From a virus (Duplodnaviria > Caudoviricetes), in IMG/VR virus record IMGVR_UViG_3300043493_000024, positions 1 to 47,891 of that record: 47,891 bases of DNA. The stretch is one strand, 5' to 3'. How positions within the stretch are numbered: position 1 is the stretch's first letter; each line of letters opens with the position of its first letter. This document shows, one piece after another, positions 33,996 to 43,325 of the stretch. The position numbers were made by a program, and so were the translations under genes. The notes under the pieces were generated by a model. The model was not told where the DNA came from, ran no database searches, and was given only the letters and a program-made list of their open reading frames with translations.

Positions 33996-36098
33996 ATGTC
34001 AACGCTCGCAAGGTATCAATTCACGGCTGTTGACACACTTGGAAACATTTTACCAAGTGCAAGCGTTGAAGTTAGAAGGGAAAGTGACAACGGCTTGCCA
34101 TTGCTTTATAGTGATCGTGCTGGCACTGTTTCAATTGGTAATCCTTTCACGTCTGACCCTGTTAGTGGTTTCGCGGCATTTCATGTTATAGGTGACTCTT
34201 ATAAAATAGTTGTTACAAAAAATACGTTTTCGCAAACGTTTCGATATGTGGGAATAGGTACAAATTCGGAGTTTGATAGATACCAATATCAGCAACAAGA
34301 AATCGACGTTAGAGATTATGGGGCGGTGTCGGGTGCAGCAGATGTGCGCACACCATTTCAAGCTGCATTAACTGCGGCTGTTGGTGGTCAACGTGTTATT
34401 ATACCAGTTGGAACATGGACATTATTAAGCGATTTAACATATAGCAGCACTTACCCGGTATGGATTGCGCAACCGGGTTTTGTAATGACAACAGCATCAT
34501 TAAATCACATTACCGGACCATATACAGGCACACTTTCAGGTTTCGGTGTGCAATCATTTGAGCTAGCTCGCGCGAAAACAAATACACAAGAATGTTATAA
34601 ATTCATTGGCTTTCAGATTCCGGCAAATACCGGAACGGTAGACCATGAACGCGAAGCCTTTACTGCACTTATTCGCACAAGTGATAATGAATTAGCAACT
34701 GGTCCGTCAGTTTATAAAGCTGCGGTTGGTATGTCGGCACGCGGTTATGTTGCTTCCGGTAATCCTAACGGGCGCGCATTTGGTGCAAATTTATATGGAT
34801 TGATTGAAACAGGCGGTGAAGGTGTTGCGGTTGGTGCGGAAGTTGACGTTTCCCACAATGGGCATGAAAACGCTACACCATTTGCCGGTGATATTAAAGT
34901 TGGTTTGATTGTTGCGAATCAGGGTCCGGTGCCTTGTACGATGGGCATTCAAATTTCCGGTAATCCTTTTTGGTATGGTTTCCTTATCGTGCGCGCGTCG
35001 ATTAAAAATAACGTTGACGCTAGGGCGTTTTTATTACAAGATGTGTTTAGCATTGATCGTGATGGATATACTACGGTTGGTAAACAGGTACATGATAGGC
35101 AAGTGACAGGAATTGAATTTGACCCTACGGGGCAAATATATCAATCGGGTGCAAGTACATTTAATTTTATTCAAACACTTTCGGGCACACCGGGAGCGGG
35201 AACTATTGCACAAAATATTGCGCAACAAAAAAATTCCGCTGGAACATTGAAAACGTTTTTGAATGCTCAATCAATTGTCAGTGTTGCAACAGCGGGAGCA
35301 GAAACGGGTACATATAGTATTGATGGACTTTTGGCCGGTGCTAATGTAAATATTTTTTTAGCTAACGGTTCTAGAATAGGTCCGGGTACTGATAATGCAG
35401 TTACTTGCGGCCATCCATCATTTAGATATTCTACGGTATATGCTGGCACTGGTACAATAAACACATCTGACGTTGTGCTGAAAGATAATGTAACAGATAT
35501 TGAAGATAGGGTTTTGAACGCTTGGGGACGTGTGCGCGGGCGCGCATATCAATGGAAAGATGCAATTGACGCAAAGGGAATCAAAAACGCTCGCGTTCAT
35601 TTTGGATGGATTGCGCAAGATGTTATAAAAGAGTTTGAAGCGGAAAGGTTAGACCCTTGGCGCTATGCTCCATTGTGCAAGGATGAAATAGTTTTGAAAG
35701 TAAAAAGAAAAAAGATTGAGCGTAGGCAAAAGATGGAAAGTCGCGAAGTTACGCACGATGAATTTACAATGGTTAATGGTCGAATGACCATTACAAAAAT
35801 TGTTGAAGTCAAAAACGTACCAGTTATGCAAGATCATTTATTGTATGATGAAAATGGAAAACCTATTTTTGAAAAAGTAAGGATGCGCGACGAAAATCAA
35901 AATGCCATATTTATTGATCGACACCGTGTCTATACGGAACCTGTTTATGAAGATGTTGAAATTGATATTAATGAAGATGTACCAACTGGCGAGTATCGTT
36001 TAGGTTTGCGTTATAGTCAATGCTTAGTTTTGGAAACAGCATGGTTACGTCGCGAAGTTGAAAAATTAACTGCGCTGTTGAAAGGCAAAACGCCATGA
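33996..36098 (+). CDS. Tail fibre/spike 1 with a C-terminal peptidase-S74 intramolecular chaperone
   Basis: IDVRDYGA tailspike entry motif; GTINTSDVVLK...YQWKDAI...RVHFGWIAQDV...LGLRY. Confidence 0.85.
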   Translation: MSTLARYQFTAVDTLGNILPSASVEVRRESDNGLPLLYSDRAGTVSIGNPFTSDPVSGFAAFHVIGDSYKIVVTKNTFSQTFRYVGIGTNSEFDRYQYQQQEIDVRDYGAVSGAADVRTPFQAALTAAVGGQRVIIPVGTWTLLSDLTYSSTYPVWIAQPGFVMTTASLNHITGPYTGTLSGFGVQSFELARAKTNTQECYKFIGFQIPANTGTVDHEREAFTALIRTSDNELATGPSVYKAAVGMSARGYVASGNPNGRAFGANLYGLIETGGEGVAVGAEVDVSHNGHENATPFAGDIKVGLIVANQGPVPCTMGIQISGNPFWYGFLIVRASIKNNVDARAFLLQDVFSIDRDGYTTVGKQVHDRQVTGIEFDPTGQIYQSGASTFNFIQTLSGTPGAGTIAQNIAQQKNSAGTLKTFLNAQSIVSVATAGAETGTYSIDGLLAGANVNIFLANGSRIGPGTDNAVTCGHPSFRYSTVYAGTGTINTSDVVLKDNVTDIEDRVLNAWGRVRGRAYQWKDAIDAKGIKNARVHFGWIAQDVIKEFEAERLDPWRYAPLCKDEIVLKVKRKKIERRQKMESREVTHDEFTMVNGRMTITKIVEVKNVPVMQDHLLYDENGKPIFEKVRMRDENQNAIFIDRHRVYTEPVYEDVEIDINEDVPTGEYRLGLRYSQCLVLETAWLRREVEKLTALLKGKTP

Positions 36099-38488
36099 CA
36101 ACGCTAGCACGCTATCAATTCACGGCTGTTAACGAACAAGGTAATATTCTAACTAGCGCTAGCGTCGAAGTTAGAAATGAAGTCGGCAACGCTTTAGCTG
36201 CACTTTTTTCCGACCGCGCAGGAACGGTAGCTATTGGAAATCCTTTTATAGCGGACGCAATAACCGCGTTTGCGGCATTTCATGTAACAGGTGGCGCTTA
36301 CAAAATTATTGTAACGAAAGGGGGGTTTACGCAAACATATAGATACGTTGGAATAGGTACAGCGTCGGAAAATGATGCAAGCCATTTTTTTGTTCTCGGT
36401 ACTCCGATTGCAACTACACCTAACACTCTTAACCAAGGATTAAATATAACAAATATTGGCCCTGTTAGTGGTTCTAATGCTGGACCATTTGCTTTCAATG
36501 AAATAAACGTAACTTATACGTCAGATACTAACGGAACAGGAATAGATGGTACTGGAAACGCAAACACATGCGCTAATGCGTTTCGAGTTAATATGTTTAT
36601 TGGTGGTACTGATTTAGGCGGACAAGCTATAGGCGCGGGAGCGTTTTGCATTGCTCATACCGTTTCGGATTCTGTTAACGCAGACGACAGAATAGGACTT
36701 GTCGGCACAGCTTACAGTAACAAAATTGATCTTGGCATACATGGTTTATTTGCATCATGCTTTTATGCTGCGCTTGCAGCTACGGGTAAAGTTGGTTTTC
36801 TTGTCGGTTCTGAGATTGATATGCAAATAGATACGGGTGGAATAACACCATATCGTTTTGGCCAAATTATTCAACAGCAAGGTTCTACAAGAGGATCAAC
36901 GTTAGACGCTGCTATTATGATGAGTAATGGTGGTGCGGCTGGCGGAGCGTTTCAAAATCTTTTCTTGTTTTCAGGTTTTTACGGGGGTTCTCCGGTTCAC
37001 ACAACCGGCAACATATTTTATAATAGCTTACCTTTAACAGTAGCAAACGTTTTCAATTGCTCCGATATGACGGTTACAGGAAAAATTTTAGATTTTCCTT
37101 TTGTTAGCATTAGTGGCGATGGACTTGCAGGTTTTGGCACGCGCACACCGCAGACGATCTTGCACCTTAATAACAATTCAAAGCGCGATATATCTGCTAC
37201 CGGAAACCACGAACAACTTTTAATTAGTGGTACAGATTCTAACAATACTGGTATCGCCATTAAAAGCTTCGGTACTGGTAACGGTCAATTCTCGCAAATT
37301 GAGTTTCTTCAAGCGGCAGGTACGGCAACAAGTCGAACAGCGGTGCAGTCGGGAAATATTCTTAGTATTATTGGAACATCGCCTTTTAATGGTTTGGTAT
37401 ATTTAGGTTTCAGAACGCAAATTAGGTCTTTTACGACAGACACCGTAGGCACCGGAGTTACGCCTAGCGGCGTTAGCGGTATGGGTATATCGTTAATTAT
37501 GACGCCGAAAGGGACGAACTCAGTCATCGAGTCCTGTCGCACCGCAGACGCAGGCGGATGGGACGTAGGGCTGACGGCGGACACCGCTGCGGGCGTGGTC
37601 AACGCCCTAATTGGTTATCAAATCAATAGCGCCGCGATTAGCGGTCGTTTCCTTGTCGGTAATGGGTCCGCCCATATTTCCGTTGCAATGAGTGGCGACG
37701 CTACGCTAGCAAGTAGCGGAGCATTAACGCTCGCGACTGTTAACGGAAATGTGGGAACGTTCGGAAGTGCTACACAAGTTGCACAAGTAACCTTTAACGC
37801 GAAAGGTTTAGCTACTGCGGCTGCTAACGTTACAATAACTCCCGCAGTTGGGAGCATAACCGGACTTGGAACGGGTGTAGCTACTGCACTTGGAGTTAGC
37901 ATAGGTTCAGCCGGAGCATTCACAACATTTAATGGTGCGCATGGTACACCATCTTCATTAGTTGGTACTAACATAACTGGTACTGCGGCGGGATTGACGG
38001 CTGGTAATGTTACCACAAATGCGAATCTTACTGGCGATGTAACAAGCGTAGGTAATGTAGCAACAATTACTGCATTAAGTCGGTTTTCAGCGACTAAAGG
38101 CGGAACGAATCAAACTGGCATAGTTGATAGTACAATTACACAAGTAACATTTTCGACAGAAGATTACGACATAGGTAGTCGTTTTGCATCGGACGCATGG
38201 ACTCCTCCCGCTGGTCCTATTGTTATGTCGGCAGGATATTTAGCAGTTGGCACAATTACCGTTGGTAATGCTGCTGTAATTGTTATTCGTAAAAATGGAT
38301 CAGATTTTAGGAAAAGTACATTTTCGGCTAGTACCGATCTAGTTGGTTGTCAAATTTGTGGTATTGAAGATGTTGCAAATGGAACAGATGTTTATACTAT
38401 ATGGTGTAATATTGATGTAACATCGGGTACAGGAACAATAGCTGGTCAGACGACTAATACATGGTTTAATGGGCACAGTTACAAGTAG
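36095..38488 (+). CDS. Tail fibre 2 (shares the N-terminal anchor of fibre 1; C1q-like C-terminus)
   Basis: First ~95 aa align with fibre 1; Gly/Thr/Ala-rich shaft; FSATK...VTFSTEDYDIG...TWFNG. Confidence 0.82.
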   Translation: MTTLARYQFTAVNEQGNILTSASVEVRNEVGNALAALFSDRAGTVAIGNPFIADAITAFAAFHVTGGAYKIIVTKGGFTQTYRYVGIGTASENDASHFFVLGTPIATTPNTLNQGLNITNIGPVSGSNAGPFAFNEINVTYTSDTNGTGIDGTGNANTCANAFRVNMFIGGTDLGGQAIGAGAFCIAHTVSDSVNADDRIGLVGTAYSNKIDLGIHGLFASCFYAALAATGKVGFLVGSEIDMQIDTGGITPYRFGQIIQQQGSTRGSTLDAAIMMSNGGAAGGAFQNLFLFSGFYGGSPVHTTGNIFYNSLPLTVANVFNCSDMTVTGKILDFPFVSISGDGLAGFGTRTPQTILHLNNNSKRDISATGNHEQLLISGTDSNNTGIAIKSFGTGNGQFSQIEFLQAAGTATSRTAVQSGNILSIIGTSPFNGLVYLGFRTQIRSFTTDTVGTGVTPSGVSGMGISLIMTPKGTNSVIESCRTADAGGWDVGLTADTAAGVVNALIGYQINSAAISGRFLVGNGSAHISVAMSGDATLASSGALTLATVNGNVGTFGSATQVAQVTFNAKGLATAAANVTITPAVGSITGLGTGVATALGVSIGSAGAFTTFNGAHGTPSSLVGTNITGTAAGLTAGNVTTNANLTGDVTSVGNVATITALSRFSATKGGTNQTGIVDSTITQVTFSTEDYDIGSRFASDAWTPPAGPIVMSAGYLAVGTITVGNAAVIVIRKNGSDFRKSTFSASTDLVGCQICGIEDVANGTDVYTIWCNIDVTSGTGTIAGQTTNTWFNGHSYK

Positions 38489-38507
38489 CAACAGAAGGGA
38501 AAGCAAA

Positions 38508-38834
38508 ATGGCACTAGGACAAAAGAACAACGGAATGCCACGGGGAGCGCCAACTGACGCGGAAGCACTCACAAACGCGCAAGAAGGTTTCAAAAAACAA
38601 CAAGAGCATTATGAAGCGAAGTTAGAAAAGCAGCAAACCGAATCGAGTGAATTACTGGCGAATGAGCGCCTTGCACATGATGGTCAGTTAAAAGAAATGG
38701 AAAAGCGGTTAACGGCACAGTTGCAGGATCGTGAGAATCAAATTGCAACCTTGACCGCTGCAAAAGACGCATTGCAACGCGAACATGACGCTATAGCTGC
38801 AAAGCGGCTTGCTGCTAAAACTGCTTTAGAGTGA
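38508..38834 (+). CDS. Coiled-coil protein, last gene of the late operon
   Basis: ATG 38508 after GAAGGGA; charged heptad-like sequence. Confidence 0.65.
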   Translation: MALGQKNNGMPRGAPTDAEALTNAQEGFKKQQEHYEAKLEKQQTESSELLANERLAHDGQLKEMEKRLTAQLQDRENQIATLTAAKDALQREHDAIAAKRLAAKTALE

Positions 38835-38926
38835 CCTAGCGCGCCTTGTCTGTAACGTGGCGCGAATTGACCTAGCCTTGGGTAGCTCGCGCGAGCATGA
38901 CGCACTGGTAAGCCTCGCAAGCGGCC

Positions 38927-38956
38927 AAAAGAACAAAGCCGGATCAAAACCGGCTT
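38927..38956 (-). terminator. Intrinsic terminator for leftward transcription
   Basis: Minus strand AAGCCGG-TTTTGAT-CCGGCTT-TGTTCTTTT. Confidence 0.7.
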
Positions 38957-38977
38957 AGCAGGTTGTCAAAATTTTTC

Positions 38978-38986
38978 TGTGGATAA
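38978..38986 (-). promoter_or_regulatory. Perfect DnaA box
   Basis: TGTGGATAA on plus = TTATCCACA on minus; intergenic. Confidence 0.5.
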
Positions 38987-39082
38987 CTTGCGAGAGATCG
39001 CGCGAGTACGTCCGATTATGACGTACCGATCGGTACGATAGCATACGGTAACTACATTGTCAAACGTTATGATACTACGTTG

Positions 39083-39670
39083 TTACTGTTCTAAATAAAT
39101 TTTTGCCTTTTCTAACCATCCTTTTTGTTCTAACTTACCTAAAGCTGCGTTACATAACGCGCATAATAATCCTCTAACTTTTCCAGTTTTATGGTCATGG
39201 TCGATGTGCAATCTATGTGTTTGTAATTCGCAAATCGTGCATGCACCAACACTTTTTTGAAGTAACAATAAATACTCTTGTCTATTTAAGCTGTATTTAT
39301 ATTTTATGGTATTATTGAAATCAGTCAATTTTCTATTAGCGTGTTTTGTGGGATTTGTTTTCAATTTTTCATGATAATAATTTGTCATATATAATCTGTG
39401 ATTTTCTGCTTTTTCTTCGCGAGTGCGAGGGCGCCAACCCTTTTCACGTTTTGCATATTGATCCCGCCATTTTTTATTTGCCGCATATGCTTTAGCTTTA
39501 TAATTTGGGTCTAACATCAATTGCCGTTTACGAGCGGCATCTTTCATACGCAAAAGTTCTAAATTTTTATCTCTATATGTTTTGTCCCAAATTTTTTGTT
39601 GCTGCTTACGTTTTTCTTTAGTTGTTTGATTTTCTAAAGGTGTATCTATATCATTATCTAATTCAAACAT
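39083..39670 (-). CDS. Endonuclease VII-family (homing-type) endonuclease
   Basis: KYSLNRQEY...GACTIC...LHIDHDHKTGKVRGLLCALCNAALG; basic N-terminus; AT-rich. Confidence 0.88.
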   Translation of the reverse strand: MFELDNDIDTPLENQTTKEKRKQQQKIWDKTYRDKNLELLRMKDAARKRQLMLDPNYKAKAYAANKKWRDQYAKREKGWRPRTREEKAENHRLYMTNYYHEKLKTNPTKHANRKLTDFNNTIKYKYSLNRQEYLLLLQKSVGACTICELQTHRLHIDHDHKTGKVRGLLCALCNAALGKLEQKGWLEKAKIYLEQ

Positions 39671-39682
39671 AAAGTGCTTCCT

Positions 39683-41611
39683 TCAAGTAAACAGCAAATG
39701 TTGCCGTTGGTAATATCCTAAATCTTCTAGCAGTCGCAACGTTCGCATTCGATACCAATTATAATCAATATCATTAGGGAACATGTCAGGAAGGTCCATA
39801 CACGGTTTACCGCCTTCCGATTCTGGAACAAGGTTTCCATTCTCGATTTTGTTGATTGTTCGATACTGACCAGTTGCATAGTACCAACGAACTACCTTCC
39901 CTAAATATTCACCATTTTGGTGTGCGCCGCCAGTTACATTTTTGACCGCAACAAACTCGCGAATGTCGCGGCACTCTGAAATGGTTTTTTCAATTGGAAC
40001 GTCGCGCGCAATTAACTCGACTATTGCGCGCGTGCATATCGTGGTCATTGGGTTTTTGTGAAAGCGGAAGATCGCTAACTTGGGATCGTTCCAAGGATTG
40101 AGAAAAACACCCTTACCTTTCACACTGCCGTCTTTTTTGAACGCTAGATAGTTGTTAACGTCGCGAGCGTAATAACCTACATATTCGTTTTCTTCAATTT
40201 CAAAATCTGTTTTCTTTTCCCATGCTTTCAAAATCTCTTGCATGGCGGCAATTTGAGAGTGTGGGCAATAGCTAACTGCGCCATCGGTGTTACCACTGAT
40301 AACACTTATACCGTTTAATTCAAATTTTTCAATCAACATCAATAGAGCTAGTTGGCCGGTTAGTGTTGTTTGCAGCATTAAGTTAGGTGCATACAAGATG
40401 GAATAAGGATTTCCCATTTTACCAAAACAACCATTGATCGCAATTTTTAGACCTTCTGACACTGCATAGTTTTTTTCGCTTTTAGCAATTAATCGACGTT
40501 CATAAAGACTTCGGTAAACTTTTATGAAATTTTTACCTAGATGTTTCGGAAAAAGATTTTGATTTAGAATGATTTTTGGGTAATAACTGCTTACGTCAAC
40601 ATCTTTTATTGAATGTGTTTCTGTAGTTTTATAGGCCATAGTTTTTTCGCAACTATGCAAGCCACCAATACCCATACGGTAAACAGTTTTTCCGATTTGA
40701 AATTGTAATTTTCGCATTTCGTGCGGAGCTAATACAGCGCCACTTTCGAGCACTTCAAAGTCAGAGTTGCAAACAACTTCATACATTTTTTGCAGTGTCG
40801 GCGTTTGATAGCTAATGAATGAAGGCGGAACATATTTATGAGTGCCGCCCATTGTGATTGTTGGTCGTTTTGGCCGCGTGCCAGTTTGCCGCTGTAGTTC
40901 GGTTGATATAACTGATTCGGCAACTTGTGGGTCAGACTTGCTAAAAAGATCGACATTATATTGCATTCCTAATTCATAGCGAAGTGTTAATTGATCTTTC
41001 AAATTGAGTGCAATTAGCGCGGTGTTGTCTAGGTCATTTATGCAGTAGTGTTTTACAATTTCCGCTTGCTCGCGTGTAATCGGTTTATGTGGCGAGAATG
41101 GCAAGTCTTGTATGCGTTCCGAGTGCAATCGTGCACCATATGTTTTTAGGCTTCCGCGTATTGGGCAAACTTCTATCAGATCAATGTGCGTGGTTTTGTG
41201 TTTGATGAAACCGTATTCTTTTTCTAGTTTGCGGTCATAGTCGAAACCGCGTATTAGTTCCATTGATAGGGCGTATAGCTGTGCAATATTTTGATGTGCA
41301 TATGCTAACCATATCAACGGAAGGTCATATGGTATCGAGTTGAATCCTATTGTTGTAAACGTGTGCATTGCGTGACTTAATTGCTGCTTATTAAAAACGG
41401 AATCGGGTGTTATCTCAAACGTTATTACTTTGTGAGTATCGAGACACTTGAACGCGCATAGCCAATAATTCGGAAATGTTTCGGTATCAGCTACAAAATT
41501 GCCGCTAGTGCGTGACGCAAAGTCGTCGTATGTCATATAATCAATAGGTTTGAACTCTCGCAGCTTATATGGTGCGAGTTCAACGCTTGATCCTTTAGGC
41601 TGAAATTTCAT
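39683..41611 (-). CDS. DNA polymerase, family B-like
   Basis: Exonuclease ADTE, GFNSIPYD, YCIND; polymerase DVDVSSYYP, KIAINGCFGK, NTDG. Confidence 0.9.
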   Translation of the reverse strand: MKFQPKGSSVELAPYKLREFKPIDYMTYDDFASRTSGNFVADTETFPNYWLCAFKCLDTHKVITFEITPDSVFNKQQLSHAMHTFTTIGFNSIPYDLPLIWLAYAHQNIAQLYALSMELIRGFDYDRKLEKEYGFIKHKTTHIDLIEVCPIRGSLKTYGARLHSERIQDLPFSPHKPITREQAEIVKHYCINDLDNTALIALNLKDQLTLRYELGMQYNVDLFSKSDPQVAESVISTELQRQTGTRPKRPTITMGGTHKYVPPSFISYQTPTLQKMYEVVCNSDFEVLESGAVLAPHEMRKLQFQIGKTVYRMGIGGLHSCEKTMAYKTTETHSIKDVDVSSYYPKIILNQNLFPKHLGKNFIKVYRSLYERRLIAKSEKNYAVSEGLKIAINGCFGKMGNPYSILYAPNLMLQTTLTGQLALLMLIEKFELNGISVISGNTDGAVSYCPHSQIAAMQEILKAWEKKTDFEIEENEYVGYYARDVNNYLAFKKDGSVKGKGVFLNPWNDPKLAIFRFHKNPMTTICTRAIVELIARDVPIEKTISECRDIREFVAVKNVTGGAHQNGEYLGKVVRWYYATGQYRTINKIENGNLVPESEGGKPCMDLPDMFPNDIDYNWYRMRTLRLLEDLGYYQRQHLLFT

Positions 41612-42600
41612 CGTCCCATTCCACATAAAATTCCGCGTACATTATTACCGCAGAAAATCATTTTACGGTCAACAAAAAAATCCGCGAATTGACAGTGTGG
41701 AGCAATGATTTTTAGACGCTTGGCGCTAAAGCGTGGTCCCGGTTGCAAGCCTACTACTTCATAACTGGCACTAACGCCACCGTCTGCGCCTTGCGCGCAC
41801 AAGAGGTTTTCTTGAAAGGAAAGAACGTCATTATGTGCAAACGCTTCTATTGCGTCAACGCCAGCGAAAAAATCTTTCGGTATCGGTTGCATGTTACAAG
41901 GTAAATCTAACAGATGATGCAAGTCGGGCCAATTGTCAGAATATCGACTAGAACGCAGCCATGCACGATTTTCAAAATAAAAAGTTATTGTATTATTAGA
42001 GAATCCGAATGTGGTTAGTTTATCAACGCTCTTGCACAATGCAGTTACAGTAGCTTTTGGCAAAACAATTCCAGGCGGCAAATCAATCCCGTGCCAAGCT
42101 TCTAATAATAATGCGCGGTCGGTAGCTATAACAGAATGTTCTTTCATCAAAATTGAAGCTTCAATAACGTTATCGCTAGAATCTTTTGCTAAGAATGCAA
42201 CAGTTTCAAGTGCTAGTTTTAAGGCGTTACTAACGAGTGCTATAGGTGGATCAGGTGCGACCATTGAAAGAAAATTGGAATCGAGACAAGGTACAATAGC
42301 GCGAAACTTATCTGATTTGATTGAAATTCGATTAGCATCAAGTTGCGTTACTGAAAGATTTTGCCCACACTTGGAAAGTGCGGAAAGCAACAAACTAGTA
42401 TGTGGGATTGCTGTAATGTTTTCTTGAATTGGTATCGACGCAGCTATAACACCGTCATAAGCTTGCGCCCAATTGTTTGTTAGAATGCAATGTGTTTCGT
42501 TTGGTGTGCCTTTATCGTGATCGGCAAGACTAATGAATTTTAGAGCGTTGACAAGCTGATTTGCAATGGTGGTTGTTTTTTGTTTCGGAGCGCGTGGCAT
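41608..42600 (-). CDS. Sliding clamp-like protein
   Basis: IATDRALL beta-clamp-like motif, YSDNWPD, ~330 aa, coupled to the polymerase. Confidence 0.7.
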   Translation of the reverse strand: MPRAPKQKTTTIANQLVNALKFISLADHDKGTPNETHCILTNNWAQAYDGVIAASIPIQENITAIPHTSLLLSALSKCGQNLSVTQLDANRISIKSDKFRAIVPCLDSNFLSMVAPDPPIALVSNALKLALETVAFLAKDSSDNVIEASILMKEHSVIATDRALLLEAWHGIDLPPGIVLPKATVTALCKSVDKLTTFGFSNNTITFYFENRAWLRSSRYSDNWPDLHHLLDLPCNMQPIPKDFFAGVDAIEAFAHNDVLSFQENLLCAQGADGGVSASYEVVGLQPGPRFSAKRLKIIAPHCQFADFFVDRKMIFCGNNVRGILCGMGR

Positions 42601-42866
42601 TATGGACCTTGCGTATAACCTAATGCTGCAAGAGCATAACATACTAGATTCCATACGTGCAAGCGTTCACTAGGCCAATTTTCTAAAGTTTGTTGACGTT
42701 GGATCGTATAATTATCTAGCTCGCGTTTAGAACGTCCGCGAAAAGTTTGCAAAAGGTAATTTCGTTTATCAGTTGTTCCGGTGCCAGTATTGCTAATGTG
42801 CATTCGCGCAAGTTCCGTGACTTCGCGAGTGATTGCAGAATGAAGTTCAACGCGAATAATTATCAT
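42600..42866 (-). CDS. Hypothetical protein
   Basis: MIIIRVELHSAITREVTELARMHISNTG...; coupled. Confidence 0.7.
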   Translation of the reverse strand: MIIIRVELHSAITREVTELARMHISNTGTGTTDKRNYLLQTFRGRSKRELDNYTIQRQQTLENWPSERLHVWNLVCYALAALGYTQGP

Positions 42867-43054
42867 TTTCGCTTCCCACATTGTTCGCAATAGTGTTCAA
42901 ATTTTGCGCCGGTCATAGTGTTTATTGCTTTTGCTTTCCATCCTGCTATATTTAATTTCTCTTGTGCATCAATAAATGCCCTTTCCTCGGTTTCGAGTGT
43001 ATCGCCGCAACCGTCACACTCGAAAACTATCTTGTCATATATGCGCGTTAGCAT
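42863..43054 (-). CDS. Small Zn-ribbon protein
   Basis: FECDGC...GWK...HYCEQC; GAGGAAGG RBS. Confidence 0.7.
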   Translation of the reverse strand: MLTRIYDKIVFECDGCGDTLETEERAFIDAQEKLNIAGWKAKAINTMTGAKFEHYCEQCGKRK

Positions 43055-43070
43055 GATGTAGTTTCCTTCC

Positions 43071-43325
43071 TCAAAATGGTATATCGTCATTATCAGCATA
43101 TGCAGGGCAACCGAATGCTATTACTTTTGCAGGTGGTCGCATTGTTGGTGGTCCCGATATGCCGCAATGCTCATTTTCAGGATTGAAGTTCTTACACGTT
43201 ACGCAGCTAGCGACTAGCTCGCGTGGGTCTAAGTGTGCTTGCAGAATATTTCGCAAGTCAATTAGACCAGTGTAACGGTAGTTGAATTGTGGTACAGATG
43301 CTTTTGGCATTGGTTTACCTTTCAA
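43071..43325 (-). CDS. Small Cys-containing protein
   Basis: SCVTCKNF...C...RPPAKVIAFGCPAY..DDIPF. Confidence 0.7.
   Translation of the reverse strand: MKGKPMPKASVPQFNYRYTGLIDLRNILQAHLDPRELVASCVTCKNFNPENEHCGISGPPTMRPPAKVIAFGCPAYADNDDIPF

Noticed and set aside
33996-38488. Diversity-generating retroelement or invertible tail-fibre switch
   Set aside because: No reverse transcriptase or invertase; the repeats are N-terminal, direct, and not adenine-specific in their differences
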